Of a DNA stretch of 64,000 nucleotides, positions 22,013-33,215 are shown one piece after another (the stretch's first letter is position 1; the number at the start of each line of letters is the position of its first letter). Source of the DNA: Eledone cirrhosa (lineage: Eukaryota); NCBI GenBank assembly GCA_964016885.1, contig OZ024743.1:166036001-166100000 (forward strand). Direction: 5' to 3'. The notes below the pieces were generated by a model that had not been told where the DNA came from, did no database searches, and saw only the letters and a list, made by a program, of their open reading frames with translations. A program made the position numbers and the translations under genes.

Positions 22013-25000
22013 CTACAGGCGCATGATCAGAGTAGGCCCACTCACGCGGGCCATTCTCGCCACATTCACCCACCTTTCAGTAAATGTACTGGGGGGCAGC
22101 ACTTCTCTCTCCACCCTCACCTTCCTTTCCAAGTGAAACTTGAAGAAGTTGATGAGGGATTGGCCGAAGAGAAAAGTGTCTGTCTTCAGTCCTTTCAACC
22201 TGGTCCACCATGCAACCTCTTTCGCTACTGCCACCAGGCAGAGGAAAATTGCCTGCCCTTCCTGACCAAAAGAAGGCGGCGGGTCAATCTTCACTATGGA
22301 CTCGGACGATAGCCGGATCCGTTCTACACGCGACAATAGCTGTTCGACATAACCCCACAAGTCAGCAATGCACGGACACTGGACGAGTGCGTGCAGAACG
22401 GTTTCGTCGCTCTGCGCGCATCTCGGGCAGGTTCGTCTGACAGCACTTCCGTGCCTGTAGAGTTTATCCCGAACCGGCAGCGCCCCCCGGTAGCACTGCC
22501 AAGCGAGGGATTTCTGGAAGTTATCCATCGTCCCCGGCTCGAAAGTCCTCCGGAACATACTGGTCAGTTCTACTTCGTTGACGCCCAGAGCCTCTCCTAG
22601 TACGTCATCGCACTTGCCCTCCACTAATCCTCTATAGAAATCTTGAGTGGAAGTTCCACTGACCGCATTGCCCACCTTGCAGAGTGCAGTGAGCGCCTGG
22701 CAACATTCCAGATGCCAGTCGCCCAGTCTCGGTCTCTTCTTGACCCAGGACTGCAGCTCAGTCAAAGAGATGAGCTGCGGAAAGGCCCGTCTAACAAACG
22801 GCGACCACACCTGTTCACCGTTTAGGCAAAATATCTGGAGATGTCGCAGCCTCAGCGCATGTCTGCGCATCATTAGCCACGGCATGCCCAGCCCTCCACG
22901 AAGAGGGTGCTGGCAGCAGATGGACCGCCTCACCAACGGGACCCGTCCCCTCCACAAAAATTTGAAAAGGAGCCGTTCCAAATTGGCGAGGCGTGGACGG
23001 GGGCAAGGCACGACGGTCAGGCGGTAGTAGATGACGGACGCGATGTACGCGTTCGCCACCTCCGCCCGCCCTTTCAGTGATAGCTTTCTCTCAGCCCATT
23101 TCTGGGTGAGGTTGGCTATCCTGCTCGTCACCTCGTCCCAATTCTTATCCACCTGGAGGTCTGGTCCGAACCAAACCCCGAGCAACTTTACCGGTCCGTC
23201 TGTCCAGCGCCCAACGACGCTGTTGGACGGCATGGACTTGCCTCTCCAGGTGCCGAGCTGCAAGCCCACCGACTTTTCCGGGTTAAGTTTTGCTCCCGTC
23301 AACCTTTCATATTCCTCCAAATGGGTGCGGATCACCTCGATTTCCGAGGTGTCCGACACCATCACGGTGATGTCGTCTGCATAAGCGGACGCAGCCTTTC
23401 TACGTCCCGGTTCGAGCGGGATGCCCTGCAACAACTCCAGCTTCCGCAGTAGAGGCTCAAGAGTCAATACGTACAGAAGTGAGGAGAGAGGGCACCCTTG
23501 ACGGACCGATCGAGAGATCTGAAACGGTTCCGAGAGGTGGCCATTAACTTTGACCACCGAGCGGATGCCGCTGTACATTGCAGCGATCCAGCTTCTGAAG
23601 ACGGGGCCGAAGCCAGCCGCCTCGAGGACAGCCTCCAAGTACCGATGGTCGACCCTATCGAATGCTTTCGATTGATCTAAATTGATCAGAGCCCCACCGA
23701 AGCCAGGTTTGCACCCAACCCTCTCTATGATGTATCGCATGAGGTGGAGGTTGTCGTGTATGGACCTGGTCGGGATTGCGCAAGTTTGCGCCTCCCCAAC
23801 CAAATCTTTGACGACAAGCGCCAACCTTTTCGCTAACACCTTGGCCAAAATCTTAAACTCTGTGTTGAGCAGGGTTATGGGCCTGAAATTATCTAGTGTG
23901 TCCCTCTTGTTCTCGTCTTTCCTTATCAGCGTCACTACGCCACGGCTCACAGAACTGGGAATGCTCCCGTTCTGCTGCCAGTTGCAGTAGAGCGCTTCGA
24001 GGAGATCGGAGAACAAGTCTGGCATATTTACGTAAAGCTCGTAGGGCAGACCATCCAAACCGGGTGACTTGCGACTCGAGCAGCCGACAAGGGCGTCCTG
24101 AATTTCGGCTGATGTTATCGGCTCTTCGCAGCGCTCAGCGTCGGCCGTCGAGAGGCGTGGCAAGCCGTCGAGGTAGGGACTGAAGTCCGCCGCCATCTCC
24201 GACTCACCCATCCTCCCGAACAATCGAGCAAAGTGCTGGCGAAAGGCCTCACACATCTGCTTGGAATCGCTCAGTTCGTGTCCATCTCGATCCGTCAAAG
24301 ACCGAATTGTGGTTTTATTTCCACGCTGCGTCTCTGCAAAGCGAGCCCATCGGGCAGCTTTGGTTCCCTCGTTCCTCAGAGCACGCGCCTTAGCTCTGAC
24401 AATGCAACCTTCGTGTTTCGCATTGAAGAAATGGTCTAGTGCCATTCTCGCCGCTAGCACGTCTGTTGCAATGCCACTACAAATAGCCTCGTCTAACTTA
24501 GCTATCAGCCCCTCCTCTTTTCTATTTTTCTCTATTGCTACTTCTTTGCTAAATCCTATCGAGGTTGCTCTAATCTCTCTTTTGAGTGCCCCCCACCACC
24601 TGTTGTTGACAACCCCCCCTGTCAACTTTTGCTTAACTAAGTTGTTGACCCGGTCCCTGTAAGCTTTACGTGCCGGAAACGACATGTTTAGCTTCCAGTA
24701 GCTAGGTCCTAACCTACGTGTCTTATCTAGGTCGACCATACAGATCACAAGCTTGTGATCTGAATAGGCAACCGTTTTAAAATGTGGACATCCTACACTA
24801 TTTCTATCTCTTTTCCTAATGAAAATCCTATCTATGTACGATCTAGATGACCCTATGCGATTGGTCCAGGTCCATACTGGCGCATTAGGGAAATCTAGTC
24901 GGTACCTGTCAGACAGTTGAAACTGGCTGATCAGGTACTTGAGGCTTTTGCACCCCCCGCTCCTATCAGATACTCCCACACAATCCCAGCGTGCTTCTAA

Positions 25001-25432
25001 GATGCCATTCCAATCCCCTATTAACAGTAAAGGGCGAGACGTAAGCAGAAAGTTTTCCAGGCGCCTAAAGAAGTCCGGCCGACCGGCCCCAGTAGGGGCG
25101 TAGACGGCCACCAGTCTAAAGGCACCACCTTCGCTATTGCTCACGTCCAGGACCACCAACTTTCCGTCAGGATCCCGGAAGATTGACCTTACCTCGAGAT
25201 CCAGACATTTCCTAAACAGCACAGCCACTCCACCTCCCATTCCCGGCCGACTAACAGATGCAAAGATCTGATAATCGTCGAAAATCGGCGCCAGTGCGCG
25301 TGTGTCGGAAATTCTGGTCTCGCTGATGGCAATTACATCCATCCCTAGTGACCTGAGGTCGTTGAGCAAGTGACCTTGCTTCCAGGGCGACCCCAGGCCA
25401 CGAACATTTAAACTTCCTACTCTTATGGCCAT
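22013..25432 (-). CDS. ORF2 APE-RT-Zf (1139 aa), intact
   Basis: Same motifs as copy 1; 4 aa differences noted versus copy 1. Confidence 0.95.
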   Translation of the reverse strand: MAIRVGSLNVRGLGSPWKQGHLLNDLRSLGMDVIAISETRISDTRALAPIFDDYQIFASVSRPGMGGGVAVLFRKCLDLEVRSIFRDPDGKLVVLDVSNSEGGAFRLVAVYAPTGAGRPDFFRRLENFLLTSRPLLLIGDWNGILEARWDCVGVSDRSGGCKSLKYLISQFQLSDRYRLDFPNAPVWTWTNRIGSSRSYIDRIFIRKRDRNSVGCPHFKTVAYSDHKLVICMVDLDKTRRLGPSYWKLNMSFPARKAYRDRVNNLVKQKLTGGVVNNRWWGALKREIRATSIGFSKEVAIEKNRKEEGLIAKLDEAICSGIATDVLAARMALDHFFNAKHEGCIVRAKARALRNEGTKAARWARFAETQRGNKTTIRSLTDRDGHELSDSKQMCEAFRQHFARLFGRMGESEMAADFSPYLDGLPRLSTADAERCEEPITSAEIQDALVGCSSRKSPGLDGLPYELYVNMPDLFSDLLEALYCNWQQNGSIPSSVSRGVVTLIRKDENKRDTLDNFRPITLLNTEFKILAKVLAKRLALVVKDLVGEAQTCAIPTRSIHDNLHLMRYIIERVGCKPGFGGALINLDQSKAFDRVDHRYLEAVLEAAGFGPVFRSWIAAMYSGIRSVVKVNGHLSEPFQISRSVRQGCPLSSLLYVLTLEPLLRKLELLQGIPLEPGRRKAASAYADDITVMVSDTSEIEVIRTHLEEYERLTGAKLNPEKSVGLQLGTWRGKSMPSNSVVGRWTDGPVKLLGVWFGPDLQVDKNWDEVTSRIANLTQKWAERKLSLKGRAEVANAYIASVIYYRLTVVPCPRPRLANLERLLFKFLWRGRVPLVRRSICCQHPLRGGLGMPWLMMRRHALRLRHLQIFCLNGEQVWSPFVRRAFPQLISLTELQSWVKKRPRLGDWHLECCQALTALCKVGNAVSGTSTQDFYRGLVEGKCDDVLGEALGVNEVELTSMFRRTFEPGTMDNFQKSLAWQCYRGALPVRDKLYRHGSAVRRTCPRCAQSDETVLHALVQCPCIADLWGYVEQLLSRVERIRLSSESIVKIDPPPSFGQEGQAIFLCLVAVAKEVAWWTRLKGLKTDTFLFGQSLINFFKFHLERKVRVEREVLPPSTFTERWVNVARMARVSGPTLIMRL

Positions 25433-25461
25433 GCTGGCAGGATGAATGGGAGAGGAAAGGT

Positions 25462-27372
25462 TTACTTACCTTCCGGGGTCTTGTGAAGGTCGGGTGGTTC
25501 GACCTCCATGGTTTGTGGGGTTTCTTTTGGGAACCCCTTTAATAGTCTTGACGTGGGTTTTACGTTCGGGGTTCCCACATCCCGAGGAAAGCTCTTTCGA
25601 ATTTCTTTGTATGAAGCGAGCGACATTCGCATCAGAAGCAAATTATCTGGTACGCGAAATGTGCTCGCTTCAAATGTTTCCCCGTCTTTTTCGATGTTTG
25701 TGCTTCGTGCTACATGGGCCATCAATTCCTTGTTGGCCCTTCTGGCAAGCACGAAGTTTTTAATGTTTTGTTGCTCGGGTTTTATTTGTTCGTGTGATTG
25801 TGGTGGTGATAGCTTTGTTAGTGTTGTTTCTATTGTGTCTGCGTTTGTTGTGGGTGGGGTGTCTGTAGTTTCTGATGTTTGTGTGTCTATTTGTTCTTGT
25901 GTCTGTTTAGCTTGTTTGCGTTTGGGGGATTTTGGTGGTTGTGTTGGTGATGTTGTGGGGAAAATGTTTGTGTGGGTGGTGTGTGTATTTTTTTTTGTGG
26001 GGGTGTTTGTGCTTTGTGGATTTCTTTTTTTTTTGTGTTTTGTTTTTTGTATTTTGGGGGACTTTGGTTTTCCCTCATCTTCACTGCTGGAGGATGAGGG
26101 GTCTGTGGCTGTGAGCGTGTTTGTGTCTGAGTGAGTGTTTATGTTCTTGTTCGTGTGTGTATTTTGGGGGGGAGGGGGAATGGGAGAGCTTTCCTCGTTT
26201 CCCCCCTGGGTGTGCAATTTTGGTGGTTCCATTGTTGACGGTGTTGCTGGTGGTCCTTGTCCCGGCGTCGCCAGCAGTGGAATCTTTCGACCCCTTGCGC
26301 TTTTCGGCAGTTGAGGGCAGAAGGCTCGCAAGTGTGTCGTTTCCCCACAAAGGAAACAATGCGGCCTTTTGCCCTCAGTCATTATATGCAACACCCTCCC
26401 GTTTTGGAGGCGGATGTGGTCCGGGATTGTTTTTACGTTTTCGGGTCTGATTTGGAGCAGTATCTCCAGATCAACCCCGGACCAGTCGTCCCTGGCAGTT
26501 CTCGTTGCCTCTACCGGGACTGTATCCGTTCCTTCCACGATTACGCAACCCAGGAGCCACCACATATCAAGTCCTGGTGGAATCCTGGGAATGCGCACAC
26601 GTGCTATTCGTTTTCCCATGTGGGAGGGGTACATTATGACCTTGCTGGTTTTGCAAGGGGTCATTGAATGCTTCACAGCGAGGGCTTCAGACTTGAACAG
26701 CACCGAAACGGTGCCGTATTGCCTGCCCCTCTCTATGAAGTCTGTGTCCTCTCTGATGTATTTCAGTGCGGCTTCTATGTCAGCTTGGGCGATTATCGCT
26801 GCCCTCTTTGTCTCTACTGAGATGCATCTGAAATGCACCGTTCTTTTTTCCACTGCCTCAATGGCTTCTGCCGGGACAGTTAAGTTTGCCCAGGTCTGCT
26901 CTTGATTTATGATTTTCCAGGCCTGGGCCAACTTTTCCTCTCTGTTGGTTAAGTCGATGCTGTAGCATGGTCTCCTTTTAGCCGCTGCCACAGCAGCGAA
27001 AGTGTTCTTGTTGGTGTTGTCACTGTTGTTGTTCTTGTTGGTGTTGCTGCTGCTATTGCTGTTGTTGTTCTCCCCTGTGTCGTAGTTACCTTCTGTGCTG
27101 TTGGCCTTGTTGGTGCTGCTGCTGTCGCTACTATTACTCTCTGTGCTGTTCGTTTTGTTGGTGCTCTCGCTATTACCACCTTCTGCGCTGTTCGGCTTGT
27201 TGGTGTTGGTGTTGTCGCTGTTACCACCTTCCGCGCCGCTCGGCCCGTTGGTGCTGGCACTGTCGCTGCTCACATTCGTGCTGGTGGCGCTCCTCGCCTC
27301 ACCTCTCCTCTCAACGCTCAAGTCGCCGTTGCACGACAGCAGACCCGCCTCTAGGGGGCGTGGCTCCGCCAT
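25462..27372 (-). CDS. ORF1 nucleic-acid-binding protein (636 aa): N/S/T-rich repeats, CCHC knuckle, low-complexity K/T/P tail
   Basis: TFAAVAA motif, CFLCGETTHLRAFC knuckle; lies 29 nt upstream of ORF2. Confidence 0.9.
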   Translation of the reverse strand: MAEPRPLEAGLLSCNGDLSVERRGEARSATSTNVSSDSASTNGPSGAEGGNSDNTNTNKPNSAEGGNSESTNKTNSTESNSSDSSSTNKANSTEGNYDTGENNNSNSSSNTNKNNNSDNTNKNTFAAVAAAKRRPCYSIDLTNREEKLAQAWKIINQEQTWANLTVPAEAIEAVEKRTVHFRCISVETKRAAIIAQADIEAALKYIREDTDFIERGRQYGTVSVLFKSEALAVKHSMTPCKTSKVIMYPSHMGKRIARVRIPRIPPGLDMWWLLGCVIVEGTDTVPVEATRTARDDWSGVDLEILLQIRPENVKTIPDHIRLQNGRVLHIMTEGKRPHCFLCGETTHLRAFCPQLPKSARGRKIPLLATPGQGPPATPSTMEPPKLHTQGGNEESSPIPPPPQNTHTNKNINTHSDTNTLTATDPSSSSSEDEGKPKSPKIQKTKHKKKRNPQSTNTPTKKNTHTTHTNIFPTTSPTQPPKSPKRKQAKQTQEQIDTQTSETTDTPPTTNADTIETTLTKLSPPQSHEQIKPEQQNIKNFVLARRANKELMAHVARSTNIEKDGETFEASTFRVPDNLLLMRMSLASYKEIRKSFPRDVGTPNVKPTSRLLKGFPKETPQTMEVEPPDLHKTPEGK

Positions 27373-27855
27373 GTTTTTTTGAGAAAAAAATTATTTTTTT
27401 TTCAAAATAAAGTTCAAATATTTGGGCCAAGAGGCCCAAATATTATGAGTTATTCCTTCACAGGATACAAATTAATGTCTTATAATGCTTCAGCGGTACA
27501 AAAAATAAACAATTCTCTACAATTAATCCTCAAAAAATTGCTTACTCACGGAGCTTCAAAAAACGTACATCCACTTTCGTCAATAATAATAATAATGATT
27601 TCATTTATTGGCCACAAGGGCCGACATATAGGGGACAACACAATAGACAGGGACAGTGGGGGTTTACATAGAGATCGAGTAAGTATAAATAACAAAAAGA
27701 CAAAAACAAAATAACAATAAAAATACAACAATGAAAGTTCCCCAATAAGAGGGATCACCACCCAGGGTTGACTCAAGCACCCCACCAGTCCTGAGCCACC
27801 CGACGCTCCTAGGGCACCCGGGAAGGGCACCCCTCTCCTTCTCGAATTCACCAGC

Positions 27856-30800
27856 CTACAGGCGCATGATCAGAGTAGGCCCACTCACGCGGGCCATTCT
27901 CGCCACATTCACCCACCTTTCAGTAAATGTACTGGGGGGCAGCACTTCTCTCTCCACCCTCACCTTCCTTTCCAAGTGAAACTTGAAGAAGTTGATGAGG
28001 GATTGGCCGAAGAGAAAAGTGTCTGTCTTCAGTCCTTTCAACCTGGTCCACCATGCAACCTCTTTCGCTACTGCCACCAGGCAGAGGAAAATTGCCTGCC
28101 CTTCCTGACCAAAAGAAGGCGGCGGGTCAATCTTCACTATGGACTCGGACGATAGCCGGATCCGTTCTACACGCGACAATAGCTGTTCGACATAACCCCA
28201 CAAGTCAGCAATGCACGGACACTGGACGAGTGCGTGCAGAACGGTTTCGTCGCTCTGCGCGCATCTCGGGCAGGTTCGTCTGACAGCACTTCCGTGCCTG
28301 TAGAGTTTATCCCGAACCGGCAGCGCCCCCCGGTAGCACTGCCAAGCGAGGGATTTCTGGAAGTTATCCATCGTCCCCGGCTCGAAAGTCCTCCGGAACA
28401 TACTGGTCAGTTCTACTTCGTTGACGCCCAGAGCCTCTCCTAGTACGTCATCGCACTTGCCCTCCACTAATCCTCTATAGAAATCTTGAGTGGAAGTTCC
28501 ACTGACCGCATTGCCCACCTTGCAGAGTGCAGTGAGCGCCTGGCAACATTCCAGATGCCAGTCGCCCAGTCTCGGTCTCTTCTTGACCCAGGACTGCAGC
28601 TCAGTCAAAGAGATGAGCTGCGGAAAGGCCCGTCTAACAAACGGCGACCACACCTGTTCACCGTTTAGGCAAAATATCTGGAGATGTCGCAGCCTCAGCG
28701 CATGTCTGCGCATCATTAGCCACGGCATGCCCAGCCCTCCACGAAGAGGGTGCTGGCAGCAGATGGACCGCCTCACCAACGGGACCCGTCCCCTCCACAA
28801 AAATTTGAAAAGGAGCCGTTCCAAATTGGCGAGGCGTGGACGGGGGCAAGGCACGACGGTCAGGCGGTAGTAGATGACGGACGCGATGTACGCGTTCGCC
28901 ACCTCCGCCCGCCCTTTCAGTGATAGCTTTCTCTCAGCCCATTTCTGGGTGAGGTTGGCTATCCTGCTCGTCACCTCGTCCCAATTCTTATCCACCTGGA
29001 GGTCTGGTCCGAACCAAACCCCGAGCAACTTTACCGGTCCGTCTGTCCAGCGCCCAACGACGCTGTTGGACGGCATGGACTTGCCTCTCCAGGTGCCGAG
29101 CTGCAAGCCCACCGACTTTTCCGGGTTAAGTTTTGCTCCCGTCAACCTTTCATATTCCTCCAAATGGGTGCGGATCACCTCGATTTCCGAGGTGTCCGAC
29201 ACCATCACGGTGATGTCGTCTGCATAAGCGGACGCAGCCTTTCTACGTCCCGGTTCGAGCGGGATGCCCTGCAACAACTCCAGCTTCCGCAGTAGAGGCT
29301 CAAGAGTCAATACGTACAGAAGTGAGGAGAGAGGGCACCCTTGACGGACCGATCGAGAGATCTGAAACGGTTCCGAGAGGTGGCCATTAACTTTGACCAC
29401 CGAGCGGATGCCGCTGTACATTGCAGCGATCCAGCTTCTGAAGACGGGGCCGAAGCCAGCCGCCTCGAGGACAGCCTCCAAGTACCGATGGTCGACCCTA
29501 TCGAATGCTTTCGATTGATCTAAATTGATCAGAGCCCCACCGAAGCCAGGTTTGCACCCAACCCTCTCTATGATGTATCGCATGAGGTGGAGGTTGTCGT
29601 GTATGGACCTGGTCGGGATTGCGCAAGTTTGCGCCTCCCCAACCAAATCTTTGACGACAAGCGCCAACCTTTTCGCTAACACCTTGGCCAAAATCTTAAA
29701 CTCTGTGTTGAGCAGGGTTATGGGCCTGAAATTATCTAGTGTGTCCCTCTTGTTCTCGTCTTTCCTTATCAGCGTCACTACGCCACGGCTCACAGAACTG
29801 GGAATGCTCCCGTTCTGCTGCCAGTTGCAGTAGAGCGCTTCGAGGAGATCGGAGAACAAGTCTGGCATATTTACGTAAAGCTCGTAGGGCAGACCATCCA
29901 AACCGGGTGACTTGCGACTCGAGCAGCCGACAAGGGCGTCCTGAATTTCGGCTGATGTTATCGGCTCTTCGCAGCGCTCAGCGTCGGCCGTCGAGAGGCG
30001 TGGCAAGCCGTCGAGGTAGGGACTGAAGTCCGCCGCCATCTCCGACTCACCCATCCTCCCGAACAATCGAGCAAAGTGCTGGCGAAAGGCCTCACACATC
30101 TGCTTGGAATCGCTCAGTTCGTGTCCATCTCGATCCGTCAAAGACCGAATTGTGGTTTTATTTCCACGCTGCGTCTCTGCAAAGCGAGCCCATCGGGCAG
30201 CTTTGGTTCCCTCGTTCCTCAGAGCACGCGCCTTAGCTCTGACAATGCAACCTTCGTGTTTCGCATTGAAGAAATGGTCTAGTGCCATTCTCGCCGCTAG
30301 CACGTCTGTTGCAATGCCACTACAAATAGCCTCGTCTAACTTAGCTATCAGCCCCTCCTCTTTTCTATTTTTCTCTATTGCTACTTCTTTGCTAAATCCT
30401 ATCGAGGTTGCTCTAATCTCTCTTTTGAGTGCCCCCCACCACCTGTTGTTGACAACCCCCCCTGTCAACTTTTGCTTAACTAAGTTGTTGACCCGGTCCC
30501 TGTAAGCTTTACGTGCCGGAAACGACATGTTTAGCTTCCAGTAGCTAGGTCCTAACCTACGTGTCTTATCTAGGTCGACCATACAGATCACAAGCTTGTG
30601 ATCTGAATAGGCAACCGTTTTAAAATGTGGACATCCTACACTATTTCTATCTCTTTTCCTAATGAAAATCCTATCTATGTACGATCTAGATGACCCTATG
30701 CGATTGGTCCAGGTCCATACTGGCGCATTAGGGAAATCTAGTCGGTACCTGTCAGACAGTTGAAACTGGCTGATCAGGTACTTGAGGCTTTTGCACCCCC

Positions 30801-31275
30801 CGCTCCTATCAGATACTCCCACACAATCCCAGCGTGCTTCTAAGATGCCATTCCAATCCCCTATTAACAGTAAAGGGCGAGACGTAAGCAGAAAGTTTTC
30901 CAGGCGCCTAAAGAAGTCCGGCCGACCGGCCCCAGTAGGGGCGTAGACGGCCACCAGTCTAAAGGCACCACCTTCGCTATTGCTCACGTCCAGGACCACC
31001 AACTTTCCGTCAGGATCCCGGAAGATTGACCTTACCTCGAGATCCAGACATTTCCTAAACAGCACAGCCACTCCACCTCCCATTCCCGGCCGACTAACAG
31101 ATGCAAAGATCTGATAATCGTCGAAAATCGGCGCCAGTGCGCGTGTGTCGGAAATTCTGGTCTCGCTGATGGCAATTACATCCATCCCTAGTGACCTGAG
31201 GTCGTTGAGCAAGTGACCTTGCTTCCAGGGCGACCCCAGGCCACGAACATTTAAACTTCCTACTCTTATGGCCAT
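27856..31275 (-). CDS. ORF2 APE-RT-Zf (1139 aa), intact
   Basis: Protein appears identical to copy 2. Confidence 0.95.
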   Translation of the reverse strand: MAIRVGSLNVRGLGSPWKQGHLLNDLRSLGMDVIAISETRISDTRALAPIFDDYQIFASVSRPGMGGGVAVLFRKCLDLEVRSIFRDPDGKLVVLDVSNSEGGAFRLVAVYAPTGAGRPDFFRRLENFLLTSRPLLLIGDWNGILEARWDCVGVSDRSGGCKSLKYLISQFQLSDRYRLDFPNAPVWTWTNRIGSSRSYIDRIFIRKRDRNSVGCPHFKTVAYSDHKLVICMVDLDKTRRLGPSYWKLNMSFPARKAYRDRVNNLVKQKLTGGVVNNRWWGALKREIRATSIGFSKEVAIEKNRKEEGLIAKLDEAICSGIATDVLAARMALDHFFNAKHEGCIVRAKARALRNEGTKAARWARFAETQRGNKTTIRSLTDRDGHELSDSKQMCEAFRQHFARLFGRMGESEMAADFSPYLDGLPRLSTADAERCEEPITSAEIQDALVGCSSRKSPGLDGLPYELYVNMPDLFSDLLEALYCNWQQNGSIPSSVSRGVVTLIRKDENKRDTLDNFRPITLLNTEFKILAKVLAKRLALVVKDLVGEAQTCAIPTRSIHDNLHLMRYIIERVGCKPGFGGALINLDQSKAFDRVDHRYLEAVLEAAGFGPVFRSWIAAMYSGIRSVVKVNGHLSEPFQISRSVRQGCPLSSLLYVLTLEPLLRKLELLQGIPLEPGRRKAASAYADDITVMVSDTSEIEVIRTHLEEYERLTGAKLNPEKSVGLQLGTWRGKSMPSNSVVGRWTDGPVKLLGVWFGPDLQVDKNWDEVTSRIANLTQKWAERKLSLKGRAEVANAYIASVIYYRLTVVPCPRPRLANLERLLFKFLWRGRVPLVRRSICCQHPLRGGLGMPWLMMRRHALRLRHLQIFCLNGEQVWSPFVRRAFPQLISLTELQSWVKKRPRLGDWHLECCQALTALCKVGNAVSGTSTQDFYRGLVEGKCDDVLGEALGVNEVELTSMFRRTFEPGTMDNFQKSLAWQCYRGALPVRDKLYRHGSAVRRTCPRCAQSDETVLHALVQCPCIADLWGYVEQLLSRVERIRLSSESIVKIDPPPSFGQEGQAIFLCLVAVAKEVAWWTRLKGLKTDTFLFGQSLINFFKFHLERKVRVEREVLPPSTFTERWVNVARMARVSGPTLIMRL

Positions 31276-31304
31276 GCTGGCAGGATGAATGGGAGAGGAA
31301 AGGT

Positions 31305-33215
31305 TTACTTACCTTCCGGGGTCTTGTGAAGGTCGGGTGGTTCGACCTCCATGGTTTGTGGGGTTTCTTTTGGGAACCCCTTTAATAGTCTTGACGTGGG
31401 TTTTACGTTCGGGGTTCCCACATCCCGAGGAAAGCTCTTTCGAATTTCTTTGTATGAAGCGAGCGACATTCGCATCAGAAGCAAATTATCTGGTACGCGA
31501 AATGTGCTCGCTTCAAATGTTTCCCCGTCTTTTTCGATGTTTGTGCTTCGTGCTACATGGGCCATCAATTCCTTGTTGGCCCTTCTGGCAAGCACGAAGT
31601 TTTTAATGTTTTGTTGCTCGGGTTTTATTTGTTCGTGTGATTGTGGTGGTGATAGCTTTGTTAGTGTTGTTTCTATTGTGTCTGCGTTTGTTGTGGGTGG
31701 GGTGTCTGTAGTTTCTGATGTTTGTGTGTCTATTTGTTCTTGTGTCTGTTTAGCTTGTTTGCGTTTGGGGGATTTTGGTGGTTGTGTTGGTGATGTTGTG
31801 GGGAAAATGTTTGTGTGGGTGGTGTGTGTATTTTTTTTTGTGGGGGTGTTTGTGCTTTGTGGATTTCTTTTTTTTTTGTGTTTTGTTTTTTGTATTTTGG
31901 GGGACTTTGGTTTTCCCTCATCTTCACTGCTGGAGGATGAGGGGTCTGTGGCTGTGAGCGTGTTTGTGTCTGAGTGAGTGTTTATGTTCTTGTTCGTGTG
32001 TGTATTTTGGGGGGGAGGGGGAATGGGAGAGCTTTCCTCGTTTCCCCCCTGGGTGTGCAATTTTGGTGGTTCCATTGTTGACGGTGTTGCTGGTGGTCCT
32101 TGTCCCGGCGTCGCCAGCAGTGGAATCTTTCGACCCCTTGCGCTTTTCGGCAGTTGAGGGCAGAAGGCTCGCAAGTGTGTCGTTTCCCCACAAAGGAAAC
32201 AATGCGGCCTTTTGCCCTCAGTCATTATATGCAACACCCTCCCGTTTTGGAGGCGGATGTGGTCCGGGATTGTTTTTACGTTTTCGGGTCTGATTTGGAG
32301 CAGTATCTCCAGATCAACCCCGGACCAGTCGTCCCTGGCAGTTCTCGTTGCCTCTACCGGGACTGTATCCGTTCCTTCCACGATTACGCAACCCAGGAGC
32401 CACCACATATCAAGTCCTGGTGGAATCCTGGGAATGCGCACACGTGCTATTCGTTTTCCCATGTGGGAGGGGTACATTATGACCTTGCTGGTTTTGCAAG
32501 GGGTCATTGAATGCTTCACAGCGAGGGCTTCAGACTTGAACAGCACCGAAACGGTGCCGTATTGCCTGCCCCTCTCTATGAAGTCTGTGTCCTCTCTGAT
32601 GTATTTCAGTGCGGCTTCTATGTCAGCTTGGGCGATTATCGCTGCCCTCTTTGTCTCTACTGAGATGCATCTGAAATGCACCGTTCTTTTTTCCACTGCC
32701 TCAATGGCTTCTGCCGGGACAGTTAAGTTTGCCCAGGTCTGCTCTTGATTTATGATTTTCCAGGCCTGGGCCAACTTTTCCTCTCTGTTGGTTAAGTCGA
32801 TGCTGTAGCATGGTCTCCTTTTAGCCGCTGCCACAGCAGCGAAAGTGTTCTTGTTGGTGTTGTCACTGTTGTTGTTCTTGTTGGTGTTGCTGCTGCTATT
32901 GCTGTTGTTGTTCTCCCCTGTGTCGTAGTTACCTTCTGTGCTGTTGGCCTTGTTGGTGCTGCTGCTGTCGCTACTATTACTCTCTGTGCTGTTCGTTTTG
33001 TTGGTGCTCTCGCTATTACCACCTTCTGCGCTGTTCGGCTTGTTGGTGTTGGTGTTGTCGCTGTTACCACCTTCCGCGCCGCTCGGCCCGTTGGTGCTGG
33101 CACTGTCGCTGCTCACATTCGTGCTGGTGGCGCTCCTCGCCTCACCTCTCCTCTCAACGCTCAAGTCGCCGTTGCACGACAGCAGACCCGCCTCTAGGGG
33201 GCGTGGCTCCGCCAT
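31305..33215 (-). CDS. ORF1 (636 aa), intact
   Basis: Protein appears identical to copy 2. Confidence 0.9.
   Translation of the reverse strand: MAEPRPLEAGLLSCNGDLSVERRGEARSATSTNVSSDSASTNGPSGAEGGNSDNTNTNKPNSAEGGNSESTNKTNSTESNSSDSSSTNKANSTEGNYDTGENNNSNSSSNTNKNNNSDNTNKNTFAAVAAAKRRPCYSIDLTNREEKLAQAWKIINQEQTWANLTVPAEAIEAVEKRTVHFRCISVETKRAAIIAQADIEAALKYIREDTDFIERGRQYGTVSVLFKSEALAVKHSMTPCKTSKVIMYPSHMGKRIARVRIPRIPPGLDMWWLLGCVIVEGTDTVPVEATRTARDDWSGVDLEILLQIRPENVKTIPDHIRLQNGRVLHIMTEGKRPHCFLCGETTHLRAFCPQLPKSARGRKIPLLATPGQGPPATPSTMEPPKLHTQGGNEESSPIPPPPQNTHTNKNINTHSDTNTLTATDPSSSSSEDEGKPKSPKIQKTKHKKKRNPQSTNTPTKKNTHTTHTNIFPTTSPTQPPKSPKRKQAKQTQEQIDTQTSETTDTPPTTNADTIETTLTKLSPPQSHEQIKPEQQNIKNFVLARRANKELMAHVARSTNIEKDGETFEASTFRVPDNLLLMRMSLASYKEIRKSFPRDVGTPNVKPTSRLLKGFPKETPQTMEVEPPDLHKTPEGK

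Larger units (their letters stand above)
21759..27581 (-). mobile_element. Tx1-like retrotransposon, full length, copy 2
   Basis: Near-identical to copies 1 and 3; (AAT)5 on both sides. Confidence 0.95.
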
